From assembly GCA_951406725.2 (NCBI GenBank), contig OX597823.1:93248001-93312000 (forward strand): a DNA stretch of 64,000 nt. Reading direction: 5' to 3'. Under the pieces are notes generated by a model, which was given only the letters and a program-made list of their open reading frames with translations, ran no database searches and was not told the DNA's origin. Position numbers and translations under genes: made by a program. Positions 50,266 to 64,000 of this stretch are shown piece by piece. Each line of letters starts with the position of its first letter. The stretch's first letter is position 1. The DNA comes from Octopus vulgaris (lineage: Eukaryota).

Positions 50266-53019
50266 TTTATTATTATTTTTTTTTAAAGGCAGTGAGTTGG
50301 CAGAATGGTTAGAGCATCGGAATAAATGACTTGCAGTATATTACTGTTGTCAGTGTCAATAAAATAAAGAAACGTTGGCAGAAACGTCAGCCCGCCGGAT
50401 GAAATGCATAGCAGTATTTCGACAGGCTTTATGTTCTGAGTTCAAATACCGCCTAGGTCTACTTTCTCTTTCATATTTCCGTGGTCGATAAATTAAGTAC
50501 TGGTTGCGTGCTAGGGTCGATCTAATCGACTGACCCCTCCCCAGCAATTTCGTGCCTTGTGCTTAGAAGAGAAAATAATTAAATAAGGTTCCACTAAAGT
50601 GTTGGCGTCGACGGTTTCATTTAATGCATTCGCCCACACTGCCCGACCGGGTGCCGAGATAAGAATCCAAGGAGGCAAAATGTCAGAATCATTAATGCGT
50701 CGGAAGAAAAACCTTACACTAAATTATCCGGATCTATGTATTCTTAGTTCAAATCCTACCAAAGCCAACCTTGACTTTTAATTTTTATAATCGATAAAAT
50801 AAAATATTAGCCAAGAACTGGGCCGTTGTTATCGATTACTTGTCCCACTTCAAAATTACTGGCTTTTCGCCCTAATCAAGACCAATTATAGGTAATTAAA
50901 GTTGATATTCTTTCGTTACTGTCAGGTAATTTAGAGAGATATCTATGCAATTTCAAATTTAAGTGTTAAGACTTTGATGCGTATCAACATTTGTCAAATA
51001 CATCAAAAGTGTTTTCTAAGTATTTCTTGGCACAGGAATTCCTTGAAGAGGGGGAAGACCTTGGACCGAATCTTAAACAATACGGACAATACAGCTTCAT
51101 CTCTATGTCGATTTCTTGGGACCATGCTGACTGAAGAATGAAATTTCACACACATAAACACACGCACACACATACATATATACACATATAAAAGTGTGTG
51201 TGTGTGAGATATATAAAGGAACGTAGCTTATTCCCGATCGCTAGATCGTAGGTTCCGTTCCCGGGCCGGGCTGCATGTTGTGTTCTTGAGCAAAACACAT
51301 TTTACGTTGTTCTGCAGATTGCAAAGTGTTAGAATCGTTGGCGCGTCGGCAGAGCTGCTTTATTGTATATTTTTAGGTCCTCTGCATTCTGAGTTCAAAT
51401 CCCACCTGCTTCGAGACGAGAAACTACTTCGCATTCTGAGTTCAAATCCCACCTGCTTCGAGACGAGAAACTACTTCAGTATTCATTCGACGTCTTGACA
51501 TGGATGGCTGTAGTTCCAATTGTCTACATAACGGAAACAGGGTATGGTACAGACCATCCCAGATCGCATAGAGAGTGCTGGAGAAGGTTCACAAGCACAG
51601 GACCTGCCAAAGAGCAGACCATGACTTGGTATCTGTACGCATGTGAAATTACATTCAGCTTCAGACGGTCAGTCGTTTCGGGTATTTTCACACGAATCAA
51701 TAGGGAGAAGAGAAACTGAGATTGGAAAATAAATTTATCGTAAAAATTATCAAAAAAATGATGGTTTAATATCAACTGGAATCTAAGCGCAGGCAAGGCT
51801 GTGTGGTTAAAGAGTTTGCTTTATAACCACCTGTTTCAGGTTCAGCCCTAATCTACGGCCTTTGAGGGTGCTCCATTCTATTAAAAATTCGAATCGACCA
51901 ATGGTTTGGGAGTAAAATCGAAAGACAGAAAACGTCGTATATAGGAGCGCATGTGTGAGGAGTATGTTTGTGTGTGCGTATGTGCGGTGTGTGGGTGTGT
52001 GGGTGGGTGTGGTATGTGTGTGGTGTGTGTGTGTGTGTGTTCGCAACGCTTGACACAAGTTGTTGCTTTCGTTACCAAACTTTAGCTTCCTAGTTTGGCA
52101 ACGAGGCTTGGTAGAACACTGTACGTAGATACATGCATCGGAGGGGAGATTCTACAATGAATTCCTTCCAAACTTAAAATTGTCAAAGATTAAAAAAGAA
52201 ATATTTGGAATAACAAAACTAAAATATAGCAAAATAATTCGAGACTTTCAACAGAAAATGGGCCCCAAAACCAGAGTTGTATGTTGGATTGGCAATAAAT
52301 TAAGAATAAATTTTACATTCCAAAATGACAAATTTAAAAGAAAATATATTTCGCAATCAAAATTCATTTATTGAATAATTATTTTATAACAGTTAAAATC
52401 CAATTCGCATTCAACACACTTGAAATCTCGAGTTCCTTTCCAAAAGACTCGAATATCCGAGCTTTTCTTTTCAGGTTGTGTCACGCATGTCAATTAGACG
52501 TTGCAGCAAATTTGTTTTAATAAATTTGACAAAACATTTTGCAATTAGATTTTAAAATGCCCACTTTTACTCCCCGATTCAAGGTTACTTTCTTTAATTT
52601 TGTTGTTTTTTATTCTACAACGATTAGTCCTTCACAAACATGTTGCATACTTCACAAATGCCGCGCAGAATTACATTTAGTAACTAATGTATATTGCAGT
52701 ATTTAGCAAAGTATAGACTCGACTTCAGCATACGAGTATACGCGTGTGTGTGTGTTTGTGTGTGTGCGTGTATGTATTTGTATATGAATTGACATTTGAC
52801 ATCAAAAATGTTCACCTCGAATCCTTTCCGTATAAGTATTAAAATTCAATGTGAATAGCAAGTGAAGTGAAGTTTTCCTGTATTTATTGATTGTTTTTGG
52901 AAATAACAAAAACAAGCAACACAGGGAACGGAGAGTAGAGCAGAAACAGCTGCAAGCCAAGTACATTACATAATTACTTGTCTTTGTCATATATATGTAT
53001 ATTTACAAACATACACATT

Positions 53020-53052
<33 letters not shown>

Positions 53053-53102
53053 ATGTGTGTGTGTGTGTGCATCTTAGTGTGTGTGTGCGCGTATACCAGA
53101 TA

Positions 53103-53640
53103 GTACAGGTCGTGTTAAAATGTTTCCGGACTGTTTCGGTAGCGTGCCAACAGATGACAGCACATAGATTCGTGCGCACGTAGAACAAGCGGTGACCTCT
53201 GTGAGGCATCTTGCCGAGTTGCATCGTTGTGTTTACTCCGCAAATTGTGAAATTTGAGTTATTGTGATCGTGTAAATTCTGGAGTCTGTGATTTTTGTCA
53301 CGGAAAGGAAGTCGTAACAAAGACCCAACGTAAAATTTTGCGTTAAACTTGTGAAGTCTGCTACAGAGATATTGAGCATCTGTCAGCAACTTTACAGCAT
53401 CGAGGCAATAACTCGTTCGCATTATTTCAAGGAGAGGTGCTTCAAATGTGGAAGAACTTCCTGGAAGAGGATGAGCAATCTGGAAGACCTGCCACAAGCG
53501 TCACCCACCTCGGAAATGGGGGGAGGGGTCATTAGATTACGCTTCAGGATCGTCTGTGGACAATTAACGCCGTTTTAATGTGCTTGAGACAGGACATTCA
53601 GCGAAAGCAACCGGATCTGCGGGGTGCGGCTAATTGGATT
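53103..53640 (+). pseudogene. Mariner transposon 5' end with transposase HTH remnant
   Basis: QRPNVKFCVKLVKSATEILS..QQLY..EA...FKCGRTS/LEEDEQSGRP; tacaggtcgtgttaaaa TIR-like start. Confidence 0.7.
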
Positions 53641-54679
53641 ATTTGCCCTGGATAAAACTGGACTCTTTCTATGATGAGAAATCACTCCAATACACCACGA
53701 CGTTTGAACCTTTTGAATCTTTTGAACTTTTCTAAAGTTTTTTGTACTTTCTATGGGATGACGTCATCAGCTGGGGAGCTGAATGGAACTTGGACTAACC
53801 AGAAAGTGGAAGGAGCAGGGGTGACACGTGCGCAGGCACAGCAGCAGCGGACTTTTTCGATCGAGATAGCCGAGCGAGTCGGATATGCGAGCTCGTTGTT
53901 AAGGTTGTGGAAAAGCAGCTGCTATTTCTAGTGTTCGGGTCGGGCAACGTGGAAGGGTACATTACCACTGGGGAGGTCTCACTCGAGCGAAGAGAAGGTA
54001 GGTGTCCTTAAGCGGTTGAGCAGTGGCAGCCTCGCATACAGCACACTTTCTGCCTTTTCCTATTGTTGTTTCTCTCTATCCGCACTCGTTCCATGATAGA
54101 TCGCTATTTTCTCTCCCAGTGTATTTCTGTGTCCCTCTCAGTAGGCTCGAAACGTAAAAGACTTTCTCACTTCCCGAGCATTAAACTAATATATATGTTT
54201 GTTGTTTAAACATCCGCCTTCGTCTTTTTGTAGATTCTCACTATATTTGCTTTTACCCGGTTTCACTTTTGTATGTTCCTAATTTAGATTGTTCCTTGCT
54301 GTTCATTACCACGCTATCTCTACATTAAATACCTATTTGTAGCTTTGAAAACAATATATTTAAATATTTAAATAATTCTATTAATAGGTTTTAATTAGTC
54401 TTGTTGAACTGATCCCTATTTAAGCCCCTATTATTACTTTTATTTGCATATATTTGCTTCCTTTTCATTCTTATTTATTTATGTTAAACACTTTGTGTCT
54501 TTACATGAGCTTCTTAAAATATGTACTTCGGTAACTTCCCAAGGGAACGCTGTGTATCTGAAATCTTCATTTGTTGTCCAATAGTTCTTTATTGTTTTTA
54601 TTAGTCTAGCTAAATAATGAATCTTTTTAGGGGTGAAATGTTATATTATGTAAGCCTTTATTCATTTATTTATTTTCAA

Positions 54680-55075
54680 TCTTTTCTCTTTTACTTGTTT
54701 CAGTCATTTGACTGCGGCCATGCTGGAGCACCGCCTTTAGTCGAGCAAATCGACCCCGGGACTTATTCTTTGTAAGCCCAGTACTTATTCTATCGGTCTC
54801 TTTTGCCGAAACGCTAAGTGACGGGGACGTAAACACACCAGCATCGGTTGTCAAGCAATGCTAGGGGGAAAAACACAGACACACAAACATATACACACAC
54901 ACTTATATATATATACATATATACGACAGGCTTCTTTCAGTTTCCGTCTACCACATCCACTCACAAGGCATTGGTCGGCCCGGGGCTATAGCAGTAGACA
55001 GTTGCCCAAGATGCCACGCAGTGGGACTAAACCCGGAACCATGTGGTTGGTTAGCAAGCTACTTACCACACAGCA
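54680..55075 (-). mobile_element. tRNA-derived SINE, full length
   Basis: Minus head gctgtgtggtaag..ggttccgggtttagtccc; body shared with 31381-31745. Confidence 0.8.
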
Positions 55076-55345
55076 TTTTTACTTTTTATTCTGTCTCTTT
55101 TTTGTTTTATTTTATTTATCCTTGTTTTCATGTAGATATTTTTACGTACCCTAGCATTAATTCGATATTTAAAATAAGTAACAGATATGACATCGATCGC
55201 CGTTTGTTACTGAAAGAATGTTAATTTACAAATAGCAACATTCACACAACTTACATTGTACATGCACAGACATACACACATATACTCACACAGAGTTGAA
55301 ACGCTGTTTTCTTTTTCTTTTCAGTGTTGAATATTCACCAGCCCA

Positions 55346-55376
<31 letters not shown>

Positions 55377-55584
55377 AAGGTTTCAACTACTTGTTTTTCA
55401 TTATCCCTTCCTTTATCATTCATATGTTGTGACGGAGTAAAGCACAAGAGGATTATTATAGTACGTTCTACTGATTAACGTTTCCGTTCAATTTTAAATT
55501 GATTTTATAAATAACGTGACATAAATCCACACATTATGTGTGTATTAGCGCGCGTGTGTGTATGCTTGTATGTGTGCTTGTGTA

Positions 55585-55629
<45 letters not shown>

Positions 55630-56187
55630 CGTAAACAGTTTTGAAATAATTTCCATTACATAACACTCCCTGAATTATGGCTTACAGCTGTTTCCAGTAG
55701 TCATTATAGGTACATTACTGATAGGTTTACTCAATTGTTCTATTGATCAAGTGAGGCTAATTGAGCGACCTGAAGAAATTAATGCTACTTTTGTCAGAGC
55801 TATTTCTAAACCTGTCAGTGATGTGCCTGTAATGAATACTGGAAACAGCCGTAAGCCAGAGTTGCTCAAATCAAGGAATGATATGTAATTACCATTATTT
55901 TTAACTTGTTTATTATATACCGCTCTTTGTAAAAAACAGTTTATTCGGAAACCATACACTGATTTACAATATAGAATTTTGATGAACCATATTCTGGGGC
56001 TATAGTAAATGCTTACCTGGAGGTCTTCACTAATCTAATCTATATTGTTAGGCTGGTGTGCCAATAGAGAGCTTATGAAGTATTTTGCTCGGGTTGCTAA
56101 TCCCTCACTATTTGTACTCTCTCTTTCTCCCTCTCGTTCTTTCTCCGTGTGTCTATGTGTGTGCATATGTATATGTATATATATATG

Positions 56188-56226
<39 letters not shown>

Positions 56227-56396
56227 ATTTAGGGCTAAAAACCATATGCTAGAAGAAGATCACATACGATCTAACTAAATATACACATGTATTGAATTTT
56301 TTTCTGACTTTTCAGATGTTTTATATGCTAGGCTACTGGTCTTAAATTGATATTAATTAAATTAATATTCAATTTATTTCCCTCATTATTTAAATG

Positions 56397-56452
<56 letters not shown>

Positions 56453-56811
56453 TTGTATATATATGTATGTATGTATGTATATATTTATTTATCTATAGGT
56501 ATGTATTATCTCTATACATTTATGTATGTTTTATGTGTGTATGTAACTATGTATGCATGCATGTAGTATGTGTCTGTATGCCTCAGAATCTCCCAAAACT
56601 GGACACCAATGTCTAAGTGTTATCTTAGCGTAATATAATTATCTATGAAGAAAAACAACCAGCATGAGCGTAATTAACCCCCACAATCTATGAACACGCA
56701 AACACTTGCCACATGAATGGTATGAAGAACAACTCAAATTAATGAGACTGAAAATAAAATATTCACAAATAGGTATAATACATTGGCACTCCTATCATCA
56801 CCATACACTGC

Positions 56812-56995
56812 CGTGGAGGCGCAATGGCCCAATGGTTAGGACAGCGGACTCGCGGTTTCGATTCCCAGACCGGGCGGTGTGTGTGTTTATTGAGCGAAAA
56901 CACCTAAAGCTCCACGAGGCTCCGGCATGGGGTGGTGGCGACCGCTCTTGTACTCTTTCGCTCCACCATTCTCTCACTCTTTCTTCCTGTTTCTT
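56812..56995 (+). mobile_element. tRNA-derived SINE 5' half
   Basis: TGGCCCAATGG..GGTTTCGATTCC; matches 39388 and 63739. Confidence 0.8.
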
Positions 56996-57329
56996 GTCCC
57001 CGACGTTCAACGCAACTGCTGAGCCTGGATGCGCATTCATCCATCCGTCGATGCTCTCGGTGTCGGGGGTTGACCTGCTTTCTCTTCTGCGGGACCACCA
57101 TTCGGGACCACCATTCGGACTTCTCCCACTGCCAGCTCTGTGACGAAGACCGTTTCGCTTAACAGCAACAGCAACAGCATCAACTGCCAAACAAATATCA
57201 TTATGGTTTCTATACCTGGGCAGTACCACTCAGTTTGCTGATGTCAACAGTTTTAAACCCTACCTGGGAATCAACAGTAATCAATAGGAGCAAAACGTTA
57301 GCATACTGTGTCTGTTACGACATCATCTG

Positions 57330-58050
57330 CTTAGTATTACCAACAGCAACATCCGGTCAAGAAACTAGTATTAATTTATAAAACCTAAAGCAAAAATCCT
57401 ATTCAAAAGGACATCGTGATCCCCAAATTATAATACAACTGAATAAGCGAACTAAACATATATATTCCATCCACATATACATGCGTGCGTGTGTAACTGT
57501 GTGTGTGTGTATGTGTGCGGTTGTATGTGTGTGTGTTTGTGTGAAGGTATTTGTGTGCACATCTATACACGGATGCGTAAACGTACATATGTTCTACTTC
57601 ACATTCTGCTCAATACCGTGTATTTTTCCATTGGCTGCCGTGTTCAATTTATTTTTATTTGTCGCTGTTTCCATCATTGTTCATTTGTTTTAACATCGAA
57701 AGAACAAAAGCGATTTTATCCATTCATGCCACCCTTTTCAAATCGTCATTTTTAATTAAATTTCTATTTTCTTAGAACTATATTTTCGAAATCGTCCAAA
57801 GTTTTCTCTGTCGCTGCGTCTTACGTATGTCTTCCATTAAATATCATGGTGTGAAAAGTCTAGACATTTATGCTTTGGCAGTGGCTACTGTGATTCAGAA
57901 GACCTTAGTATTACCAACAACAACATCCAGTCAAGAAACTAGTATTAATTTATAATTACAAAACAGTATCTACAAAGCAAAAATCCCTTTCAAAACGACA
58001 TCGTGATCCCTAAATTATAATACAACTGAATAAGCGAACTAAACATATAT
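57330..58050. repeat. Pair of ~140-bp diverged direct repeats (57330-57470, 57905-58050)
   Basis: ttagtattaccaaca.caacatcc.gtcaagaaactagtattaatttataa...aactgaataagcgaactaaacatatat occurs twice. Confidence 0.85.
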
Positions 58051-58669
58051 CCATCTACAGATGCAGGTCTAAAAATATGACCTGTGGCCTTCAGAAACAC
58101 ACAATATATGCATATATACTGTGCATCCATGCATGCTAATGAATTTTCTCCTGTTTTTACGCTCGTGTTTCTGTGGAAGATGCAACATATTTTATCTCTT
58201 CCGCTACAAAACCTGACAGAAAAGCAACAATTGACACATACACTTCATGAAATGGACATTACATCATCAGAAATTATTGTTTTATGTATTATTGTTTTAT
58301 GTCTTTATTTTCCATATTTAAATGTGATTTAAAATAAGATTAAAGTTAGAAAATATTAGAAATCTGAGAAAAATAATGCAATATGAGGTGGAACATAAAT
58401 ATATAAATATATAAAAAAAAAAAAAGCAATTGAGAATCGCATATTTTTCTCAGCAATAATATTTTCCGAAAATTTCCTGACCAAATTTCTCAAATTAATT
58501 TTCAAGCTTCAATTAAGATGCTTTTTATTTTATTAATTACAACAATATTAGTTTGAAGTTTCCTCTTGGATTAATAATTATCCTGTATGGGAGTGGTTTC
58601 TGTTAGGAAATGAAAATTAAAATTTCTTTACATGTGTCTAGATGTATATGTGTTTTTGTGTGAGTTTTC

Positions 58670-58716
<47 letters not shown>

Positions 58717-58775
58717 TACATATATGTATGTATATATATATATGTGTGTATATGTATATACATATACACATATAT

Positions 58776-58813
<38 letters not shown>

Positions 58814-59745
58814 TTGTTTTAAGAGCTATTATATTTTTGATTTTTCAATAACTCTTATATTTTTGCTTGTGTTGTGGGTTTTTTTTTTTTCAACATGTCT
58901 GTTATAAATCAATATGGCTAGATTCTACATATGAAATAGGTTGGAATTTTATAAAATTGAGCTCAAAAACAACAGCTGCTATAACAAATACATCAGCAAC
59001 AGGAGTCAAAGACTCATCAACCCAAACTCCCAACACAATGCCATATAAAATATAGTAATTAATTTGTCGATCTAGTTTCTTACTTTCCCAGATATAATTG
59101 AATTATCATTATGAAAGCTTCGAAGCCTTCTTAATTCCCTAATGTAACAATTATTATTTAGAAGTCTCTGTTTAACGCTTCAATCTGATCGTAGCTGCAT
59201 TATGAAAAGGCAGGAGGTGATAGATTTCTTGGTCATAGAGCGAGATTTGTTGATGGTTTTAATTGGCTTCAGTGTCGTCGGTTTAGATATATATATAAAT
59301 AAGACAGGAATGAAAAGGAAAAAGCTTTGGTGAGCAGATTGGGTAGCATGTAGGGTAACCTAATTGAGGGTAAGACGTGGAACACTATCATGAGGGCGTG
59401 TGTACCTGAGAGTGCACCTGTTGCAGTGGATAAGGGTACGTTTGGAGGAGAGTTCCTGTGAGAGTGCAGTTTAGTGTTGGTTCAAAGCGAGCAGGAAATC
59501 ATTGTGCTTTTGCTAAGGAAGAAGTATTTTTGACGGATAGAATATTATCGAAAATAACAGGATAATAAAAGTGTGATTCTTCTGGCAAAGTGTAAAAGAT
59601 TAAAAGGATTGGTAGCAGTTTAGGAATCGAGGAGAGAAAGATTGTCGATTATGTAAATGACTCTTCGAGTTGTAAAAGAAGGAATTAGAGTAATGGCAAT
59701 GACAGAATACTTCGCATTTACATAACTCTGTCTCTCTGCGTGTGC

Positions 59746-59815
<70 letters not shown>

Positions 59816-60630
59816 ATGTGTGTCTGTGTGTGAGTATACGTTTCGATATTCATGTATATGTAATTGCATATACATATTTATATTCATACATAGCGGTTTA
59901 TGTAGAACGGAAGAAAAAGTACTTAATACGTATTGTAGGTTCGAAATATCTTTAAAAACTTGGTGCAATAAACCATTCTCAATATTCAGATGATGCTAAA
60001 GTGTACACCAAAGAAATGTGCTTTTTTTTACATTTTGTACATTGGAAGCTTGTCCTCCAGGCACTGCGAAAGAGAACGTTGCCCAAGAGCGTAAAAGGAA
60101 AACTTGTAACTTTACGAAACTCTGAAATAAATTTCGTAAATTAGTTTTGAATATTGTTGCCAATATTTCATGTCCCTGTAATATTACAATTTATTAATTT
60201 TAACTAATTAATGTAAGAAACATGATGTGTTTTAATAATTAATCAATTAATTAATCATTACGTGATATTTGTAATTTTTTTTTTTTACTAATTATCATTC
60301 GTGCCAATAAATAATTCTAATTTTCAGTAATTTTAATATTTCGTCAAGGCGGCGAGATGGCAGAATCGTTAGCGCGCCGAGCAAAATGCTTAGCGCAATT
60401 ACTTCCACCTTCGTGTTCTGAGTTCAATTCCCGCCGGAGTCAAATTTGCCTTTCGTCCTCTCAGAGTCGATGAAATAAGTACCCGTTGAATACTGGGGTC
60501 GATGTAATTGACTTACCCCATTCCGGAGACTGCTGGGTCTGTACCAAAATTTGAAACCTATAATTTGACTGGCTCCTTTCATGGACTGTGTGAGCAAATT
60601 AAATCTGATTACCTACCTTTACGGCATATT

Positions 60631-61136
60631 CAGTTTTACCACGGCGTATGAGTTAACTTTTCCGTAGAGGTCGCTCGTAAAGCGAAAACTCGCAAAGCTG
60701 ACCAATAATTCCCCTTAATAGCAATATTATAAATGGTATTTTGTTCCCAGAGAAAGGTTTTACCTATAAAATTTATAATACTCGTGAATAAATGGGAATA
60801 AAACGACAGTAAAACGTAAAGAATATAATCGTTTTTCTGAATCACCTTCAATCCCACTAGGCCTGTGTACACCGTCACTTGTAGACACGATCGCCGATTC
60901 AGAAGCACTCGAAGACGGGCTAGATTCCGGTTTAAAAAATAATTATAGATCTGTTTGCTTAGAAGAAGCTTTTTTTTCGCTTAGCATAAATTTCTGGGTA
61001 ACACGTAGAATCATTTGTTATGTTAGTAGGAACTTTTGCACTTCACTCAAAACTTGGATCGTTGTATTCATTGTAAAATAAAACTCGTAAATCCGGAGTC
61101 TCGTAAAGCGGATCCTCGTAAAGTTAGGCATTGCTG
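60631..61136. mobile_element. Possible Tigger/pogo-like MITE
   Basis: CAG...CTG|TA ends with weak TIRs and repeated ctcgtaaagcg subterminal motifs. Confidence 0.4.
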
Positions 61137-63395
61137 TATTTTACTTTGAGAAAAATAAACCCTTTACCTAGTTTGTCTTTTCAACGGACTTCGGAGAAGC
61201 AAACACATCATTACTAAGCATTTGGTTCTTTCATCCTATCTGAAGTAATCCATAAAGGTGGAGCTTCAGACACTTGCAGATACTCTCTGCAGTTTCACAT
61301 GAAAAAATATAGTTACATTCCACTCAATGTATTGAGCATCCTTATACGTATTCGTTTTAAAAAGCGCCCCGTTTCCCCCCATACGTTTAGATCAGTAGTT
61401 GACAACCATGTTTTACCTATGGGCCCGTTCCATTGCATTTTACTCCACTCAACCTCTATATGTAATAAAGATCTATATATGTAATAAAGATCCTACTGTA
61501 TTTTTATAGCTGAATATTGTTAGGAATTGTATTAAAATATTTTCTGTAATGTAGAAATATATATATATAAGCAATTTATTGCACATAAATTTTAACGACG
61601 ATATCTCAGAGTCCTATGGACCCCAGGTGAGAATCCCTGCTTTAGATAATAAAATTAATAGAGGTCATAAAAGCTTAGTAATTACCATATCATATATCGC
61701 TCACGAGAAGACATAATGTTATCAAAAAAACTGCAATGTAAACGCTTTGCAGTATCAAAAGTGAGAAGCTGTAATAAGGAAAATGGATATCCAAGATGTA
61801 CATCTTCCAAAATTGCGCCAATAATGTAAGCTCAGACAAAATATTCAGATTCAAAATATATAGCGCCTCTAACGATCGAAAATTACATTGTCAGGTTTTT
61901 CTTGTTAAAATGATAAACAACATTTAATAATTACTACAGCATAGAAGCTCAGAAGTGACGTTTGTTACCTCCATTAACTCAAACAATACAGGGCTATAGC
62001 AAGAGAACCTACCTAAACAAGTTTAGGGGTGGCTGTTCCGGGGTTCGGTCCCGCCGCATGGCACGTTCCACAAGTGTCTTCCAAGAACCACCTTACAAGT
62101 GTCTTGTAAGGTGGATCTTGCTAAATGCTTTCCGGGTTCTTGTTTAATGGTGGTTTCGTTGTTTACATCATGGCTTCCACGTATAATTATATTCCGTTGG
62201 GATTCCATTTGTGTCTAGGGGAATAATTAAGGGTTTTCATTTTAAGGGAGTTTTTTTTTTTTTTATAATATTTAACTGGCACTCTGTCATTCAGGACGAC
62301 AATGGTTCCAGTTGATTCGAGCAACGGAATAGTTTGCTCGTGAAAATAAACGTGCAAGTGGCTGAGCATTCCACAGACACAAGTACCTGGAGGCAGACGA
62401 AATACCTATTTCTTTACTACCCACAAGGGGCTAAACACAGAGGGGACAAACAAGGAGACACACGGATTAAGTCAATTATAACGACACCAGTGCGTAATTG
62501 GTATTTATTTAATTGACCCTGGAAGAATGACAGGCAAAGTCGACCTCGGCGGAATTTGAACTCAGAACGTAGCAGCATACGAAATAACGCTAAGCATTTT
62601 GCCCGGCATGCTAAAGTTTCTGCCAGCTCTCCACAGACACAAGTATCAGTAACTTAATTCTGAGGGAGATTAAGGCTCACATAGAATGTGACAAGGCTGG
62701 GCCGTTTCAAATACAGACAGAAATCATTTTTGCCAGCTGAATGAAATAAAGTACCTCGCTCAAGGATAAAACCTGCTACCGTGAATCAATCACATGACTT
62801 CACCATCGAAAGCCAAACTCATAACAATTAAGCTATGCACCTTTTAAAACAATATCTCAATCATATACAGTGTATCCTATTGAATGCAATACCGCAAAAA
62901 TGCCAAACCCGCTACATGTTAAAAGCGCAGCTAACAACACCGCATTTATTCCAAAATGATGACACTTTGAATTAGAAAAAGCAGATTCTGATTAGAAAGA
63001 AAGCACATTTAAATGTTTTGGATAGAACAATATGAAAGGCCGCTACTTGCTGCATTGGAATTTTACGATGCTTCTTGTTAACTTAAATCAAATTGCATAA
63101 TATCAAAGTCATCCTGCTGAATTCTATCCCGCTATTCCTGAATGTTTTTCTTTAAAACCTCGAAAATCCGAAGAAAGCAGGTTAACTGATGTCAATATAA
63201 TCATCATAGTGAATTCAAAGAAATTTTTATTACTGCAAACAACTATTTTTAAAGTATAAAAAAGCTCTGAATATTTTGTGCATGAAGTGAATTTGTCATC
63301 GAATGAGAGTAGAATGGAGCGTGAAACTTGTGTTAATCTCTCGATTTGATTTTGTCTATGAAGACAATATGACGAAGCCATACATTAAATATCGT

Positions 63396-63739
63396 GGCAT
63401 ACCGTCGGTAACTGCCTGCTCGTGAAATTAATGTGTAAGTGGCTGAGCACTCCACAGTCACGTGTACCCTTAACGTAGATCTCAAGATGATTCAGCGTGA
63501 CACAGAGTATGACAAAGCTGACCCTTCGAAATACAGGTACAACAGAAACAGGAAGGAAGAGTGAGAGAAAGTTGTTGAGAAAGAGTACAGCAGGGTTCGC
63601 CACCACCACCTGCAAAATCTTCGTGGGGCTTTAGGTATTTTCGCTCAATAAACACTCTCAACGGTCGGTCTGGGAATCGAAATCACGATCCTAAGACCGT
63701 GAGTCCGCTGCCCTAACCACTGGGCCATTGCGCCTCCAC
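63396..63739 (-). mobile_element. tRNA-derived SINE, full length
   Basis: Minus head TGGCCCAGTGG..GATTTCGATTCC; body as 39388-39718. Confidence 0.85.
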
Positions 63740-63759
63740 ATAAACTAAGAATGGACATA

Positions 63760-64000
63760 CTCTGCTAAGGCTTACACAAATCTGTTTTCCGGGAGCTGCA
63801 CAGAGCCGGATTTCACAGGAGAGCTGCATTCAGAAAATCACTACTTTCAAAAACAAACGTTGCAAAGCGTTTAGAGTGGAGTAACAACCTACAGAATTGG
63901 TCCCTAGAGCAGTAGAAGAATATCATTTTCTCGGATGAGTTATCCTTTACCCTATTTCTGACCTCCAGCCTAGTATACGTGTGGAGACAGTCAAAAGTAA
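63760..64000 (+). pseudogene. Tc1 transposase fragment
   Basis: VFRELHRAGFHRRAAFRKSLLSKTNVAKRLEW...W...IIFSDELSF..VYVWR, with an internal stop. Confidence 0.8.

Noticed and set aside
51384-51477. 47-bp perfect tandem duplication
   Set aside because: Simple local duplication at a SINE-fragment junction with no further structure.
53693-53773. Minus-strand CTGATGA...CAAACGTC as an active hammerhead
   Set aside because: GAAA is mutated and stems I and II pair poorly; counted only as a possible remnant.
63640-63739. Functional tRNA genes at A/B-box motifs (also 39388, 56812, 31024)
   Set aside because: No complete acceptor stem; each continues into a shared SINE body.

Overview
AT-rich, microsatellite-dense animal DNA with no confidently identifiable host gene. 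The repeat landscape suggests an Octopus-like cephalopod (inference). Bases 1-6151 hold a young Penelope-like retroelement (PLE) insertion with an intact 708-aa RT + C-terminal GIY-YIG ORF (tentatively Hydra clade). It is arranged as a partial tandem plus an inverted 5'-truncated copy, and its pseudo-LTRs carry a variant hammerhead ribozyme (HHR). The main discovery is a set of non-coding, HHR-bearing, (TA)n-inserted elements with retrozyme-like monomers of about 483, 536 and 560 bp, including a near-perfect 5-copy 536-bp array at 46.9-49.7 kb. These three families are otherwise dissimilar, yet they share the PLE-type tandem-plus-inversion architecture and a conserved CACTT-[hairpin]-CTYA-N9-12-TATAATT terminal module that fuses to the (TA)n target. 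About 15 canonical or near-canonical and several decayed HHR motifs were found by eye in 64 kb. The rest is decayed Tc1/mariner, CR1-, RTE- and R4/Dong-like LINEs, an older PLE, tRNA-derived SINEs and simple repeats. All alignments and folds were done by eye.
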